A DNA stretch of 64,000 bases. It comes from Octopus vulgaris. Taxonomy: Eukaryota. Below, in pieces: positions 62,440-64,000 of this stretch. Both the position numbers and the translations under genes were made by a program. The notes under the pieces are model-generated. The model was not told where the DNA came from and searched no databases. It saw only the letters and a program-made list of their open reading frames with translations. Each line of letters begins with the position of its first letter. Position 1 is the stretch's first letter. The DNA lies in NCBI GenBank assembly GCA_951406725.2, contig OX597838.1, positions 37,014,001-37,078,000 on the forward strand, in the 5' to 3' direction.

Positions 62440-63117
62440 ATTTATTGCCCACAGGAGGCTAAACATAGAGGGAACAAACAAGGACAGACAAAGGGATTAT
62501 GTCGATTACATCGACCCCAGTATGCAACTGGTACCTTATTTATCGACCCTGAAAGGATGAAAGGCAAAGTCGACCTCGGCGGAATTTGAACTCAGAACGT
62601 AGCAGCAGACGAAATACCACTAAGCATTTTGCCCAGCATGCTAACGATTCTGCCAGCTCACCACCTAGCTATTATTTATTATTATTGTGAGCAAGATTAG
62701 GGTGCTAATTTTAATTTCTTTATTGCCAACAGGGGGTTAAACATAGGGGGGACAAACCAGGTGTAAAGTCGATTATATCGACTCTAGTGCGTAACTGGTA
62801 TTTATTTCATCGACTCCGAAAGGATAAAAGGCAAAGTCGACCTCGGCGGAATTTGAACTCAGAATGTAGCGGCAGACTGAATACCTATTTCTGTACTACC
62901 CACAAGGGGCTAAACACAGAGATGACAAACAAGGACAGACAAACGGATTAAGTCGATTACATCGACCCTAGTGCATAACTGGTATTTAATTTATCGACCC
63001 TGAAAGGATGAAAGGCAAAGTCGATCTCAGCGGAATTTGAACTCAGAACGTGACAGCAGATGAAATACCACTAAGCATTTCGCCTGGCATGCTAACGTTT
63101 CTGCCAGCTCGCCGCCT
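62440..63117 (-). mobile_element. SINE family B monomer (62440-62665) plus dimer (62715-63117)
   Basis: Three gaaaggat.aaaggcaaagtcga.ctc cores. Confidence 0.85.
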
Positions 63118-63579
63118 TAGTTTGCTATTTTTAACAGGTCATGCAACAACTTCAAAGCTTCCTCTTTGAGTCATGTGTGCATATGGTGTGCATGTGTGTG
63201 TGTGTGTGTGTGAGTGAAAGTGTGGTACCTTTGAATATGAATGTCAGAGATGCAGTGAGTACAAGGAAGAATGTGGCTATGTGACGTTTCTGAGTGCATA
63301 GGACAAGATAAGTGAGGGGGACAGACAGGCAGACAGACAAGCAGGCAGACAGGCAGGCAGACAGGCAGGCAGACAGCCATACAGACAGACTGATGGATGG
63401 ATGGATAGACTGGTTGATAGGCAGATAGACAGACAAATAGGTAAGTAGATAGACTGGTCGATAGATAGACAAATAGATAGATATATGAGAAGAGATAGGA
63501 AGAAAGGATGGAAAGAGTATGGCATATTAAAGAATATATTTGAGTGGCTTAAAGAGAGATGGTGTACCTGTACATGAAA

Positions 63580-64000
63580 GAGTAAGAGAGAGAGAGAAAG
63601 AAGAGAGAGAGAGAGAGAGAAAGGAGAGAGAGAGAAGAGAGAGAGAAAGGAGAGAGAGAGAAAGAAGAGAGACAGAGAGAAAGAAGAGAGAGAGAAAGGA
63701 GAGAGAGAGAAAGAAGAGAGAGAGAGAAAGGAGAGAGAGAGAGAAAGAAGAGAGAGAGAGAGAAAGAAGAGAGAGAGAGAAAGAAAAGAGAGAGAGAAAG
63801 AAGAGAGAGAGAGAAAGGAGAGAGAGAGAGAGAAAGAAGAGAGAGAGAGAAAGAAGAGAGAGAGAAAGGAGAGAGAGAAAGAAGAGAGAGAGAGAAAGAA
63901 GAGAGGGAGAGAGAGAAAGAAAGAAGAGAGAGAGAGGAGAGAGAGAGAGAGAGAAAGAAGAAAGAAAGAAGAGAGAGAGAGAGAAAGAAGAGAGAGAGAG
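63580..64000. repeat. GA polypurine microsatellite
   Basis: Direct reading. Confidence 0.97.

Overview
AT-rich, microsatellite-dense animal DNA, intronic or intergenic. The repeat landscape strongly suggests a coleoid cephalopod (Octopus-like); this is inferred, not database-checked. No intact protein-coding gene is recognisable, and almost all ORFs in the track are low-complexity or SINE-derived artefacts. Repeats present: four abundant SINE-type families (labelled A-D here), dead mariner (DD34D) and maT/DD37D-like transposons, hAT and piggyBac MITEs, non-autonomous Helitrons, LINE remnants (RTE, R4/Dong, CR1-group) and several minisatellites. The most notable signal is a set of type I hammerhead-ribozyme (HHR) folds from about seven different sequence families, many in inverted arrangements typical of Penelope-like elements (PLEs). 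The best candidate for an undescribed system is a composite element: tRNA-like Pol III head + (AAT)n + HHR-bearing tail. It is inserted as a head-to-head palindrome with a 13-bp target-site duplication at 4610-5421 and recurs at about 46830-47210. Repeat boundaries were read by eye and may be off by about 10-20 nt unless TIRs or TSDs are quoted.
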